DNA from: Candidatus Kapaibacterium sp.
GTDB lineage: Bacteria > Bacteroidota > Ignavibacteria > Kapaibacteriales > UBA2268
Assembly: GCA_963665665.1 (NCBI GenBank)
Contig: OY762428.1
Location: forward strand, 608,001-672,000
Length of the DNA stretch: 64,000 nt
Direction: 5' to 3'
Of the stretch, positions 10,570 through 20,950 are shown piece after piece (the first letter of the stretch is position 1; every line of letters starts with the position of its first letter). The notes under the pieces are model-generated. The model searched no databases. It worked only from the letters and a program-made list of their open reading frames with translations, and was not told the origin of the DNA. The translations under genes and the position numbers were made by a program.

Positions 10570-10715
10570 AAAAAAAGGGGCCTTACGGCCCCTCTGCCCA
10601 ATCATTAAGGTTGGAGTGCTGCGATCTCTCGCAGCAGTGGTTAGAGGAGTTTTTAAACAGTTGGTTCAATACCTCTGTAATATTTTATTTTTCAAATAAC
10701 ATCTGTCGCTGTTCT
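10570..10715 (-). ncRNA. Putative structured small RNA, copy 2 of 3
   Basis: Offset 220 bp from copy 1; identical core, a few differences near the start site. Confidence 0.7.
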
Positions 10716-10787
10716 GATGCTAATATAAAGTATTCTTTTTTATAATCCAAATACTTTTTTTAAAAAAATTCACACACCGTAAAAAAT

Positions 10788-10939
10788 AAAAAAAGGGGCC
10801 TTACGGCCCCTCTGCCCAATCATTAAGGTTGGAGTGCTGCGATCTCTCGCAGCAGTGGTTAGAGGAGTTTTTAAACAGTTGGTTCAATACCTCTGTAATA
10901 TTTTATTTTCAAGTTTCTCTCTTTCGTCGCTCATTTCTT
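10788..10939 (-). ncRNA. Putative structured small RNA, copy 3 of 3
   Basis: Identical ~120-nt 3' core, divergent 5' ~30 nt, promoter boxes conserved. Confidence 0.68.
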
Positions 10940-11080
10940 GGTACTAATATATAGTTTTTACCAATATAATCCAAATGTTTTTTACAAAAAACTTAACAAA
11001 TTTGTTAAGTTTAATGAAATGAAAATTGCAATTTTATTAATAAAAAGAACTTACATAAAATAATTATTTAAATAAAAAAA

Positions 11081-13849
11081 TCATTTTTTTGATTCTTTTA
11101 ATGATTTTATAAACATGATGGCCCTGAATAATCCGGGATCTCCAAAATAATTTGCTTCATCAGAGTAATTTTCCTTAACATCAGGTATGCAAATATCATC
11201 AAATATATTTTCTCTATCCGGTAATTCTCCTGAAATTCCGGTAAGCGAACATCTGTAGTTTCCGGGCAGCCAAAGCGGAACCATATCCCCTCCACTACCT
11301 GAACTATTATTACCAACAAGGGTTCCCATATCATAATATTTAATCAACTTGGCAATTGCGTCAGAATAGCCGCTGGTTCTTTCGTCAATAAGAAACAGGG
11401 GCATGGCGGTAAGCCTGATCTCTGCCGGATCGAGCCAGGATTGAAATATTTTGTAACTTACTGATCCACGGTCGGGATGTGTAAAAACCGGAATTTTCCA
11501 TTTAATTGATTTCTTTGTATTATCAAGAAACAACCCGAGGAAATGCTCGGAAACGTTAATATTCCCGCGTAAATCAAAAATTATGTATTTAGCATTTTCA
11601 AGCATTTTCATATTATCGTATAAGAACTGGTCATTTATTGACGTAATATCCAGATAAATTATATCTTTGTCAATCTCTGAAAAGCTTGCAGGCCTGATTT
11701 CCCGTAACTCATTAAGCAGGGTATTCTTCTTAAGAACAATATCCTTAATATTACCATCTTCACTTCGGATTGTTAGTTCCAGACTATCGCCTTGTATGCC
11801 GGCCTTCAGCATAGCCAATGCTCTGAGATTCTTCCATTGATCTGAACTGCCTGCAATTCTGCCATACAATTTTTCAAGCATATCCTGCGTATCGGTTCCA
11901 TTTATTTTAATTACCACATCGCCGGGCGCAATCTGGTTGTTATTCCGGGCAACATCTGTTATAATCAATTCAGAATTCCGTAATTTCCATATTAAGGGAA
12001 GCCCGTAACGAAAGTTTTCATTAATATTCCATACTCTGCACTGATTATCATTTGCAACCGAGGAAATCATTTCAAGTGTTTCAATAAAATCTTCACCATC
12101 CCTGTCAGTAGCAGCTTTCTTCAATGCACTGTATAATACTTCATTCATTAAATCTTTATTGACATCAGAAATCGTAAAATTTGAAATCAGATTCCAGAAA
12201 TATGATAATATTGCAAAACGGCTTGTTCTGTCCTCCGGATGAAGATTATTTTCTCTCGGCTCATTTATATCCAAAGCATTAAGTATGCCATCGGGCCGGG
12301 GCAAAGTTGACATACTATCAACAAAAACGGACATTGGCACCGAAGCATATACATCTTCCGCCAGCTTGAAATTATAATTTCTTCCGGGCCCGGGCAATGC
12401 AAGCCTGTCCTCAACTGTCGAGAAAATTTTCAGGCTTTGCCGGCTCATGCATCCACGGCTTCTTACCTCAATGTTATAACCGGTTTTCCGATGTTTGTCA
12501 CTAAATATCCAACGGCTGGGCAAATTACCAGGCCGGCTGTCTTCAAAATCGTTGTTTCCAATTTTACTTTCCAGCACCTCCCCGTTCATTTCAAATTGCA
12601 ACTTATCGTAACATACTTCACCGTCTCCGATCATCACTAATCCAAGGCGGATATTGGCACAATTTTCGGGAACAATGAAAGAAACGCTGTCTTTAACCCA
12701 TGTTTTTTGTAAAGCACGGGTTGGATTGGATTTCAAAGAACTGATCATATCATCATTAGCATCATCGAAACGTATCCAGACCTCTCCCCTGCTGTATGGC
12801 TTTATCAATTCGGATTTGTAATAATAGCTGATCTTTACTTCTTTTCCCGGCATGCCCGATGGGTCGATATGCTGCATAACTGCTGCTTCAGGGCGCCTTT
12901 GCGACTCATAAATATTTACCACGTGGCTGCCGGTTCCGGAATTTTCTTTATTAAGCCCGGCAACCTGATGTATCTGGGCTAAAGCAACATTATCAATAGC
13001 ACTGGCCGGTTTGCTGAAATAAGGTTGCGGCTTGATATTAAAATCGGTTTTATAAATATTAACAGAAGGTGCTATTGGCAAAATTACATTTTTTAACCTT
13101 TCAACAAGATCACTATTATTTTCCGCTTTCTCGATATACTCCATTCCGAGTAAAGTAAAGCGCATTATATTTATCTGTTTAATTTCCGCGCTTGGATGGA
13201 AATAAGTTAAAGGACCCAAAATTTTTACAAATGCAGCCAGATTTTTCAATCCCTGATCTGATAGCGGAGCTGGTTTTACAAAAGCTGATTTATCTTCAAC
13301 TACAACCTCTATGCTGATATCATCAATCCATACCCTGCCGCTTCCCCAGAACATTGCACCAAAATTCAAAACAGTGGCATACTCGGAAATTTCCGTCTCT
13401 ATCTGATAATGATCCCACATATTCAAAACTATTGGATTATCCTCCATCCTGTTGATCATTCCCTGCTGATTGTTCGCAAACCTCTCGCTTATCCAAAGGT
13501 GAGCGCTGCCGTTATCCCCTGTTACTTCAGCTTTGACTGCCGCCCTTAAAATAATTCGTTTGCCCCTGTATGGGAAAGCATCAATACTTTGCATTACCGA
13601 ACCGTAAAGCGTATCTGCAAATCCTTCTGCATGAAGCAAAAAGGACTGATTGCCCTCGTATTTTTCGTCGTTGACTAATTCAGCAGTGTATCCGAGTTTT
13701 GCAGCGTAGGAAGGTATCTTCCATCCAATTGGTAAAGACCCCGGAGCACCATCCTCGAAATCAAGGTTGACGGGTTGAATTAATGCCTGAGCATATATGT
13801 TATAAGCAAACAAAAACAGAACTAAGGATAATTTTAATATTTTTTGCAC
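11081..13849 (-). CDS. Secreted S41-family peptidase-like protein (N-terminal beta-sandwich/CBM-like domains, PDZ, S41 domain)
   Basis: Signal peptide; repeated NxDFEDxxPGxLP modules; PDZ (PGDVVIKING); IIFDLRGN and GTLVGNNSSG motifs. Confidence 0.75.
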   Translation of the reverse strand: MQKILKLSLVLFLFAYNIYAQALIQPVNLDFEDGAPGSLPIGWKIPSYAAKLGYTAELVNDEKYEGNQSFLLHAEGFADTLYGSVMQSIDAFPYRGKRIILRAAVKAEVTGDNGSAHLWISERFANNQQGMINRMEDNPIVLNMWDHYQIETEISEYATVLNFGAMFWGSGRVWIDDISIEVVVEDKSAFVKPAPLSDQGLKNLAAFVKILGPLTYFHPSAEIKQINIMRFTLLGMEYIEKAENNSDLVERLKNVILPIAPSVNIYKTDFNIKPQPYFSKPASAIDNVALAQIHQVAGLNKENSGTGSHVVNIYESQRRPEAAVMQHIDPSGMPGKEVKISYYYKSELIKPYSRGEVWIRFDDANDDMISSLKSNPTRALQKTWVKDSVSFIVPENCANIRLGLVMIGDGEVCYDKLQFEMNGEVLESKIGNNDFEDSRPGNLPSRWIFSDKHRKTGYNIEVRSRGCMSRQSLKIFSTVEDRLALPGPGRNYNFKLAEDVYASVPMSVFVDSMSTLPRPDGILNALDINEPRENNLHPEDRTSRFAILSYFWNLISNFTISDVNKDLMNEVLYSALKKAATDRDGEDFIETLEMISSVANDNQCRVWNINENFRYGLPLIWKLRNSELIITDVARNNNQIAPGDVVIKINGTDTQDMLEKLYGRIAGSSDQWKNLRALAMLKAGIQGDSLELTIRSEDGNIKDIVLKKNTLLNELREIRPASFSEIDKDIIYLDITSINDQFLYDNMKMLENAKYIIFDLRGNINVSEHFLGLFLDNTKKSIKWKIPVFTHPDRGSVSYKIFQSWLDPAEIRLTAMPLFLIDERTSGYSDAIAKLIKYYDMGTLVGNNSSGSGGDMVPLWLPGNYRCSLTGISGELPDRENIFDDICIPDVKENYSDEANYFGDPGLFRAIMFIKSLKESKK

Positions 13850-14012
13850 TTTTCTTTCTCCTGACTATACTTTTCCCTTAATAACACCATTTATCCCTTA
13901 TGGTCTCAAATTGTTTTTGAAAAAGAAACAAATTAACAAATAACATCAGTTAAACGCAAAATTTTGGAATTTATTTATAATTTTGTAATTATTTTAATAA
14001 TGGAAGCTGTGT

Positions 14013-14675
14013 ATGTCTTATCCTGAAAATTTCTCACTCACTTCAAAACCCGGCGGATATTTTGAAAATCCCAGGCCGGAAATGCTTTCATATATTCCGG
14101 CTAAACCTGAAAGAATTCTTGAGGTGGGATGCGGAAAAGGCATCTTTGCCGGATCGATAAGAAAAAAAATCAACTGTGAAATATGGGGCATCGAGATTGA
14201 CAGCCAGGCTGCAAAGGAAGCAGAAAAAGTTATCGATAAAATCATTGTTGATGATATTAACAGCGCTATATCAAAACTGACAGACTGCTATTTTGACTGC
14301 ATTGTGTTCAACGATGTGCTGGAACATCTGATCGACCCTTTTGACGTTCTGAAGAAAATCAGGCCGAAATTATCCAATTCAGGAGTTGTGGTCAGCTCTA
14401 TACCGAATGTGTTGTTCATAAGAAACCTCTGGCGTGTGGTGGTGGGCAGGCAATGGCACTATGAAGAAGACGGTATACTGGACAAAACACATTTACGGTT
14501 TTTCACCAGGGCAAGTATTATTGATATGTTCGAAAATACGGGATACGAAATACAAACAATAGAAGGCATTAATCCCGTAAAGGATTTCAGATATTCCATG
14601 TTAAATTTATTTACGCTTGGATTTTTATCCGAATCAAAATATCTGCAATTTGCTACTGTAGCAAAACCAAAATAG
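14013..14675 (+). CDS. Class I SAM-dependent methyltransferase
   Basis: ILEVGCGKG, FDCIVFNDVLEHL, DKTHLRFFT. Confidence 0.88.
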   Translation: MSYPENFSLTSKPGGYFENPRPEMLSYIPAKPERILEVGCGKGIFAGSIRKKINCEIWGIEIDSQAAKEAEKVIDKIIVDDINSAISKLTDCYFDCIVFNDVLEHLIDPFDVLKKIRPKLSNSGVVVSSIPNVLFIRNLWRVVVGRQWHYEEDGILDKTHLRFFTRASIIDMFENTGYEIQTIEGINPVKDFRYSMLNLFTLGFLSESKYLQFATVAKPK

Positions 14676-14893
14676 TCACGTGCATGAAGCCCCGGGTAAA
14701 TTTGTGAACAGATTATGCAGCAAACCCTTTTTTACTTGGCTTCACCCCGCATTCTTTATATAAAAAAATATAATATCTCTTCGCTCTTGAAATTTAACAT
14801 AACGAAAAAAAATTTTTCTCAGCTTCATTCGTTTTGTTTTTTGCCGGGAAATTTGACAAAAAACGATGTTTAATATAGGAGGCTTTTTTAATT

Positions 14894-16426
14894 ATGAACA
14901 TGAAAGTGTTATCAACAGTTGGAATACTATTTGTCGGGATAATAGCCGGAATAATCTTAGTATCCGAATTTAACCCGGAATCAGTTTCCGGATTGTGGGC
15001 AGATGAAAAAATTGGAGCAGATAAAGCTCCGGTAGTGGTCAGCGAGCAGGCTAATGCTATCAATAATGCTTATGTTACGGTAAGCGAGGCAGTAAACCCT
15101 ACTGTTGTAAGCATCAGCGTGGTTATGGAAGACAAAGATTATCATCAATACCAGGAAAGATTCCAGGAATTCTATAAATTTTTCGGCCTCCCGGAAGATC
15201 AGAACGCTCCTTCGGAACCGAGAAAATCCGCAGCAGCAGGATCCGGTGTGATAATTACAGATAACGGATACATAGTAACCAATAATCATGTTGTTGAAAA
15301 TGCCATAGAAGGTGGTATTACCGTTACTACTTACGACCAGAAAACATATTCGGCCGAACTTATCGGTGCAGACCCCCTGACTGACCTTGCCGTTATAAAA
15401 ATTGAAGAATCAGGGCTTAAACCCGCTCATTTCGCGAGTATGGACGATATCCATGTTGGCGATTTTGTACTTGCAGTAGGAAATCCGCTCGGGCTGAACT
15501 CCACGGTAACAGCAGGAATAGTCAGCGCTATCGGGCGCGGACAGCTTTACCTGCCCAACAGAAGCAACTATTCGGTAGAGAATTTCATTCAAACCGACGC
15601 GGCTATTAATCCCGGGAACAGTGGCGGCGGCCTTTTCAACCTGGAAGGCAGCCTGATAGGCATCAACACTGCTATAGCCACGAGAACAGGTACTTATATC
15701 GGTTATGGATTTGCCATTCCAATAGATCTTGCTCAGTCTGTTGTATCAGACCTGATAGAAGACGGAAAAATTAACCGTGGATATATTGGTGTGGCTATCA
15801 GAACTGTAACCGACCCGGTTGCAAAAGCTACAGGGCTTGAAAAAGTTTCCGGCGTGTTGGTTCATAATATTAACGAGGGAAGCGCAGCGGAAAAGGCCGG
15901 TATTGAACCAGGAGATATAATTCTGGAAGTTGACGGTGAAGAAGTGGCAACTTCGAATGAACTTCAAAGCAAAATTACGATGAAACGTGCCGGAGATAAG
16001 GTAAAACTTACTATCTGGCGCGACGGTAAAAAATTATTTAAAAACGTTACCCTGAAAGCAAGGGATGATGATGAAGGCGCAATTGCCGGCGAAGATGTTG
16101 ACAACACCGAAGAAAAGGATCCGGCTAAACCGGTAAACTTTGACGAGCTCGGGTTCAGTGTCGAGCCTGCAAAATCTGATGTAAAGAAACGTTATGACGT
16201 CAGTAACGGAGTAATGATAACCAAAGTTATTCCCTACAGCCGTGCTGCCCAGGCAGAAATGTTCCCTCGTGGAATAATCGTTAAGGCCGACCGCCAGAAA
16301 ATAAAAACCCCCGGCCAGCTTAAAACCATTTTCGAAAATAAAAAACCGGGCGACGCTGTTCTGATGCAGGTTAAATATGAAGATACCTACAGGATAGTAG
16401 CAATTGAAATTCCAAAGGAAGAATAG
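14894..16426 (+). CDS. degP: Do/DegP (HtrA) serine protease with two PDZ domains
   Basis: GSGVII, TNNHVV, DLAVIK, IQTDAAINPGNSGG, two PDZ domains. Confidence 0.93.
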   Translation: MNMKVLSTVGILFVGIIAGIILVSEFNPESVSGLWADEKIGADKAPVVVSEQANAINNAYVTVSEAVNPTVVSISVVMEDKDYHQYQERFQEFYKFFGLPEDQNAPSEPRKSAAAGSGVIITDNGYIVTNNHVVENAIEGGITVTTYDQKTYSAELIGADPLTDLAVIKIEESGLKPAHFASMDDIHVGDFVLAVGNPLGLNSTVTAGIVSAIGRGQLYLPNRSNYSVENFIQTDAAINPGNSGGGLFNLEGSLIGINTAIATRTGTYIGYGFAIPIDLAQSVVSDLIEDGKINRGYIGVAIRTVTDPVAKATGLEKVSGVLVHNINEGSAAEKAGIEPGDIILEVDGEEVATSNELQSKITMKRAGDKVKLTIWRDGKKLFKNVTLKARDDDEGAIAGEDVDNTEEKDPAKPVNFDELGFSVEPAKSDVKKRYDVSNGVMITKVIPYSRAAQAEMFPRGIIVKADRQKIKTPGQLKTIFENKKPGDAVLMQVKYEDTYRIVAIEIPKEE

Positions 16427-16457
16427 CCTTAGTTTCGATCTGAATTTAAAATTGGAA

Positions 16458-17047
16458 GAAGCCACCTCTCCCCCGCTGAAGCCGACGTGTCGGGAAAGGG
16501 CAGGGGTGGTTTCTTTTTCTTAGCCTACTTTATCCACGAGAATGCACATGGCTATTGAATTTGACGATTATAAGTCCGGGAGGTCATTCTTAGCGCAGCG
16601 AAGTATCCATTCTTTATACATTCCCCCTCATTACGAAGTTATACTTCGTAATGCAGTTTTCCTGAAACTGAGCTTCTCTATTTCAAAGTAGAACTTTGCA
16701 GGAAATATTCCTTCCCAAGTACAACTTGGGAAGGAGGCTCTATGTCCACCGCTGGCGGGGGTGCCCGAAGGGCGGGGGTGGATTTCCGGAAAATTCCCCT
16801 CGTTAAGGGGTGGCGAGCGCAGCGAGTTCCCGACACGTCGGGACAGGCAGGGGTGGTTTCTTTTTCTTTGCCTTCGCACCTTGCACATTTATCCACGAGA
16901 ATGCACGTTGCAATTGAACTTGACGATGGTCGGGGAGGTCATTCTGAGCGCCAGCGAAGAATCCATTCTTAATATCTAATCTGCAAACAAAGATGGATTC
17001 TTCAGTCGCAAGCTCCGGAAGCCTGCCCCGACGTGTCGGGGAATGAC
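16458..17047. repeat. Mosaic of nested REP/MITE-like palindromic repeats
   Basis: GTCATTCTGAGCG..GCGAAGAATCC, ATTACGAAG..CTTCGTAAT, TTCCCAAG..CTTGGGAA, GCCC-GAA-GGGC, CCGACGTGTCGG; all recur elsewhere in the window. Confidence 0.85.
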
Positions 17048-18135
17048 AACATACTACCTCCTTCTCCGGCCCTTACCCCCCGTTTTTCCACCCCAATGAA
17101 CAGGCCGCAGGACTTAATTCCCTATCCTGTGGTTTCAATGAACCGGATAATTCCCTTACTTCAATGCTGTTTTGAACCAGAATCCTGATGTATGGGCTAA
17201 TTGCTTTATTGGTAAAGCTTTAAACTGCCTTGACCGGAGGTATTGAACTACTGTTTGGCCATATTGTAGTGAAATTTGGCCTTATTGACAGCCTGGTTGA
17301 CCTTACTGACAGCCTGGTTGACCTTACTGACAGCTTGGTTAACCTTACTGACAGCCTGGTTGACCTTACTGACAGCTTGGTTGACCTTACTGACAGCCTG
17401 GTTGACCATACTGAACACTTGGTTGACCATACTGAACACTTGGTTGACTTTACTGAACACTTAGTTGGCTTTACTGAACACTTGGTTGACCTTACTGAAC
17501 ACTTGGTTGACCTTACTGAACACTTGGTTGACCTTACTGAACACTTGGTTGACCTTACTGAACATGTTCTTTGCCTCCGACCAAGAGTTCAATGACTTCG
17601 ACCAAGGCAGCAATAACTTCGAACAAGGCAGCAATAAAGCAAAACATTGCTGCAATAGTGTCGACCAAGAGTTCATTATCTTCAACCAAGACGTCAATAA
17701 CTTCGAACAAGGCATCAATGACTTCGACCAAGGCGTCAATAAAGCAAAACATTGGTTCAATAGCTTCAACCAAGAGTTCAATGACTCCGACCAAGGCTGC
17801 AATGACTTCGACCAAGGCATCAATAACTTCGACCAAGGCATCAATGACTTCGAACAGGGCGGCAATAAAGCAAAACATTGCTGCAATAGGTGCAAACAAG
17901 ACCTCAATGATTCCGACCCCTCCCAAACACACGCGGTGTGGAACCCTCCCCCGAAGGGGAGGGCTTTGATGGAAAACATTGCTGCAATGACTTAGAACAT
18001 TGGTGCAATAACTTAGACCAAGGCGTCAATAAAGCAAAACATTGCTGCAATAGGTGCAAACAAGACCTCAATGATTCCGACCCCTCCCAAACACACGCGG
18101 TGTGGAACCCTCGCAAGGAGCCGTGCCTCCCCGAA
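17041..18135. repeat. Composite element with conserved ~230-bp flank and two opposed 21-bp tandem arrays (copy 1)
   Basis: ~14 x TTGACCTTACTGA(CAGC/ACAC)..GG at 17275-17562, then degenerate TTCGACCAAGGCATCAATAAC units; homologous to 45808-46960. Confidence 0.85.
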
Positions 18136-18358
18136 GGGAGTATGTCTGGATAATTTAAATAATAGTGTATAATAGCTTATTATACTGGTATTATAAGGTA
18201 TTATGTAATAATTAGTTTGTTTCGAAATCAACTGTTATCTGTTTAAAGTTGTTATAATATACATCATTATGTTTAGATATATGTTTATATTTATTTGGAT
18301 ATATGGTTGGAATAATATATTTTTATCCAACAGTTTTAATTTATTGAAAGCGACAATT

Positions 18359-19606
18359 ATGAAAATTGCAGTAAAATTCAACCCGCAATATCCAAAAATT
18401 GAGAAATCAAATATATTAGTTTCCGTTACCTGGGAGGGCAACAGGATACAGAAATCTATAGGGATTTCTGTTAAGAATAAGAATTGGGATAAAACAAGGG
18501 GTAAGGTTAAGTCCGGCGACAACAATGCTCTTGAATATAATATGTTCCTTGAGGGACTAAGCAGGGAAATTTCCAATTATTACTACAGATTGAAAAATGA
18601 TAACATGATTGTCAGCCGGGAGATTATCAGAAACAAAATCAAATCACTGCTGTCGCCGGATGAGGGTATTGATACTGAATTTAGCCTTAGCCTTGTCGAG
18701 ACATTTAATTCATTCAAATTGGAAAGAGAGAAATCCGGGAAATATTCGCAAAAAACCATTGAGCATTATTCAAATTGCCAGAATTATCTGAAGAAATTCT
18801 CAGCCCATTTGGGGCATACTTTGTATTTCAGTATGATCGATAAAGAATTTACTGATAAGTTTATGGAATTTCTTTTGAAAAAGCCGATGATGAGCAGCAG
18901 CGCAATTAAGATTCTTGTTATTCTCAAGGTTTTCCTGAACGATTGCTACTCGAAAAAGATAGTTAAAAATATTGATTTCAGAGATTATATAAATCAAACA
19001 ATCAAAGAAAACGGCGGGATAAAAGAGGCTCAAACCATCGTTTTTGATGAAGAGGAATTACAAAAATTAGAGGATTTCAAATCCGAGGACAATATCCTGA
19101 TGAAAGTTAAACATCTTTTTCTGCTTCAGATCTATACAGGGCTCAGAGTATCAGACCTGATGCGCTTGAAGCCGGAAAACTTTAATCTGAAAGAAAAACT
19201 TATAACAATATTGACAAAGAAAACAGCTGATTTTATCACAATTCCATTGCACCGTAAAACAGAGTCAATATTGAGTAATTATCCAAACCTGCAATTGCCG
19301 AAAGTCAAACTAAAATGGTATAATGAAAAGATTCGAGAAATCAGCAAAATGGCTGAGATTGACAAGCCGATTATCATAACTAAATTTTACGGCAAGCGCC
19401 GAAAAGAAGAAATACATCCGAAATACGAGCTTATATCATCACATACGGCACGCAGAACCTTCATTACTCTATCTTTGAAAAAGGGCCTGTTGCCGGAGTA
19501 CATTATGAAGATCACCGGCCATAAAAGCAGAGCATCTTTTCAGAAATACGTGCGAATAGTCCAGGAGGAGGCGATAAATGAAGTCCGCCGGGCCTGGGAT
19601 GATTGA
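18359..19606 (+). CDS. Tyrosine recombinase/site-specific integrase (Arm-binding, SAM-like, catalytic domains; Bacteroidota type)
   Basis: N-terminal SIGISV..KNWD; catalytic TGLRVSD, TKKT, SHTARRTF, ITGH, KYVR. Confidence 0.92.
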   Translation: MKIAVKFNPQYPKIEKSNILVSVTWEGNRIQKSIGISVKNKNWDKTRGKVKSGDNNALEYNMFLEGLSREISNYYYRLKNDNMIVSREIIRNKIKSLLSPDEGIDTEFSLSLVETFNSFKLEREKSGKYSQKTIEHYSNCQNYLKKFSAHLGHTLYFSMIDKEFTDKFMEFLLKKPMMSSSAIKILVILKVFLNDCYSKKIVKNIDFRDYINQTIKENGGIKEAQTIVFDEEELQKLEDFKSEDNILMKVKHLFLLQIYTGLRVSDLMRLKPENFNLKEKLITILTKKTADFITIPLHRKTESILSNYPNLQLPKVKLKWYNEKIREISKMAEIDKPIIITKFYGKRRKEEIHPKYELISSHTARRTFITLSLKKGLLPEYIMKITGHKSRASFQKYVRIVQEEAINEVRRAWDD

Positions 19607-19690
19607 ATTAGCCCGCTAATAAAATAAAAAATGTTTGTTCTGTGATTTTTCAGAAAAATATCATATCTTATAAAAAAGAGATAAAATTAT

Positions 19691-20950
19691 TTGCCGGAAT
19701 TGTTAGGAAGTGGAATGAGTTGTTTTTCCGAAACAGGCCTGAAAGTAAATACGAAAGCTGGCTACGCCGCCACCGGAACCCCGGATACCGTGGGCTATTC
19801 CTACGAGGGCTTTATGACGCCGGAAATGCGTTTTGAACGCCGCCTGATGTTCAAGGAGTATGAACTGAAAGACCACCTCGGCAATGTGAGACTTGTGTTC
19901 GGGGATGCGACGGTGGCCGATGCAGCAGGTGAAACCCAGCTTGACGTGCGGGCGCTTAGTAACTACTACCCATTCGGTATGCTGCAGCCCCACAGGTACT
20001 ATCAGGATGCTGGCTACACCAACAGCCGCCAGGGCTTTAACGGGATGGAGAAGGACGACGACGTGAAGACAGATGAAGGCCAGCACTACGATTTCGGCGC
20101 CCGCGCATACGACCCCAGGGTGGGAAGGTTTCTGAGTTTGGATAAATTTAGAGCCAAGTATCCTGATATTTCGCCTTTTTCTTTTGCTGCTAACTCTCCA
20201 AATATATTTATGGATGACAACGGTGATTCCATATATGTTTATACAAACAACAAGGCTGTATATGTTGCGTTGGATTTAGTCAGGGAAACACAAATTGGTA
20301 AAATGGTTATTGATAAGTACATGAACTCACCAAATGAACATGTTCATATTGGTGTAGAGGATTTAAGACATAGAGCTAGTAAAGGATTGAGTCTTAATGG
20401 AACAGGAAATCAGCGTAATAAACTGATTAAAAATGGCCTTACAGATTTTCCAAATTCTGATCAATCAGATTTTGCACAAGAATACTCACAGCTAAATCAA
20501 ATCAAAGTAAAACCAGGAACAAATCATTTTGTGATTTTTTGTGAGCATTCGTTCAATCCTGAAATAAATGATAATTTTCTTGACGTAATATTTTCTTATA
20601 ACGGTACTGAAGATAATGCTGAAACAGTATTCCATGAGTTTTTTGCTCATTTATATCGAGGATTGGATGCACAACTGGTTATTTATGAGTTTCAACTTAA
20701 TAATAAATTTGATTATGGAGAAATTGAACATAATCATTTAGATTATGGTGATCCGTTCAGTTCCTTTTATAATGTAAAGGCAAATCAACCAGCAAAACAG
20801 ATTCTACCAAACGAACAAAATTATCCTCCTTTAGATCAATTCAAGGATCAGTATGATCAGATTAGCGATCAGAAAATAGAAAATACTGAAAATAAATATA
20901 AAAATCAGCCTGCTAAACAAAATGGAAAGGCGGAAACTTATGTCAGGTAG
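19691..20950 (+). CDS. Orphan Rhs C-terminal cassette 1: Rhs core end plus putative zinc-metallopeptidase toxin
   Basis: YELKDHLGNVR, YYPFGM, YDFGARAYDPRVGRFLSLD, PxxxxDxxG junction (PNIFMDDNG), HEFFAH; lacks N-terminal Rhs body, start uncertain. Confidence 0.85.
   Translation: MPELLGSGMSCFSETGLKVNTKAGYAATGTPDTVGYSYEGFMTPEMRFERRLMFKEYELKDHLGNVRLVFGDATVADAAGETQLDVRALSNYYPFGMLQPHRYYQDAGYTNSRQGFNGMEKDDDVKTDEGQHYDFGARAYDPRVGRFLSLDKFRAKYPDISPFSFAANSPNIFMDDNGDSIYVYTNNKAVYVALDLVRETQIGKMVIDKYMNSPNEHVHIGVEDLRHRASKGLSLNGTGNQRNKLIKNGLTDFPNSDQSDFAQEYSQLNQIKVKPGTNHFVIFCEHSFNPEINDNFLDVIFSYNGTEDNAETVFHEFFAHLYRGLDAQLVIYEFQLNNKFDYGEIEHNHLDYGDPFSSFYNVKANQPAKQILPNEQNYPPLDQFKDQYDQISDQKIENTENKYKNQPAKQNGKAETYVR

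Noticed and set aside
10346-10975. CRISPR array or type III antitoxin repeats
   Set aside because: Units are ~220 bp with no unique spacers, each has its own promoter and terminator, and no cas or toxin gene is adjacent
16530-16540. TTATCCACG as DnaA boxes/oriC (several copies)
   Set aside because: One mismatch to consensus, dispersed, and always part of a REP-like module
17237-17256. Similarity GAGGTATTGAAC..ACTGTTT to the sRNA hairpin
   Set aside because: Explained as a degenerate unit of the 21-bp family and not conserved in the second copy
17230-18231. Overlapping heptad ORFs as real genes (also 45996-46955)
   Set aside because: Open in many frames because of the 21-bp period; frames and stops differ between the two copies
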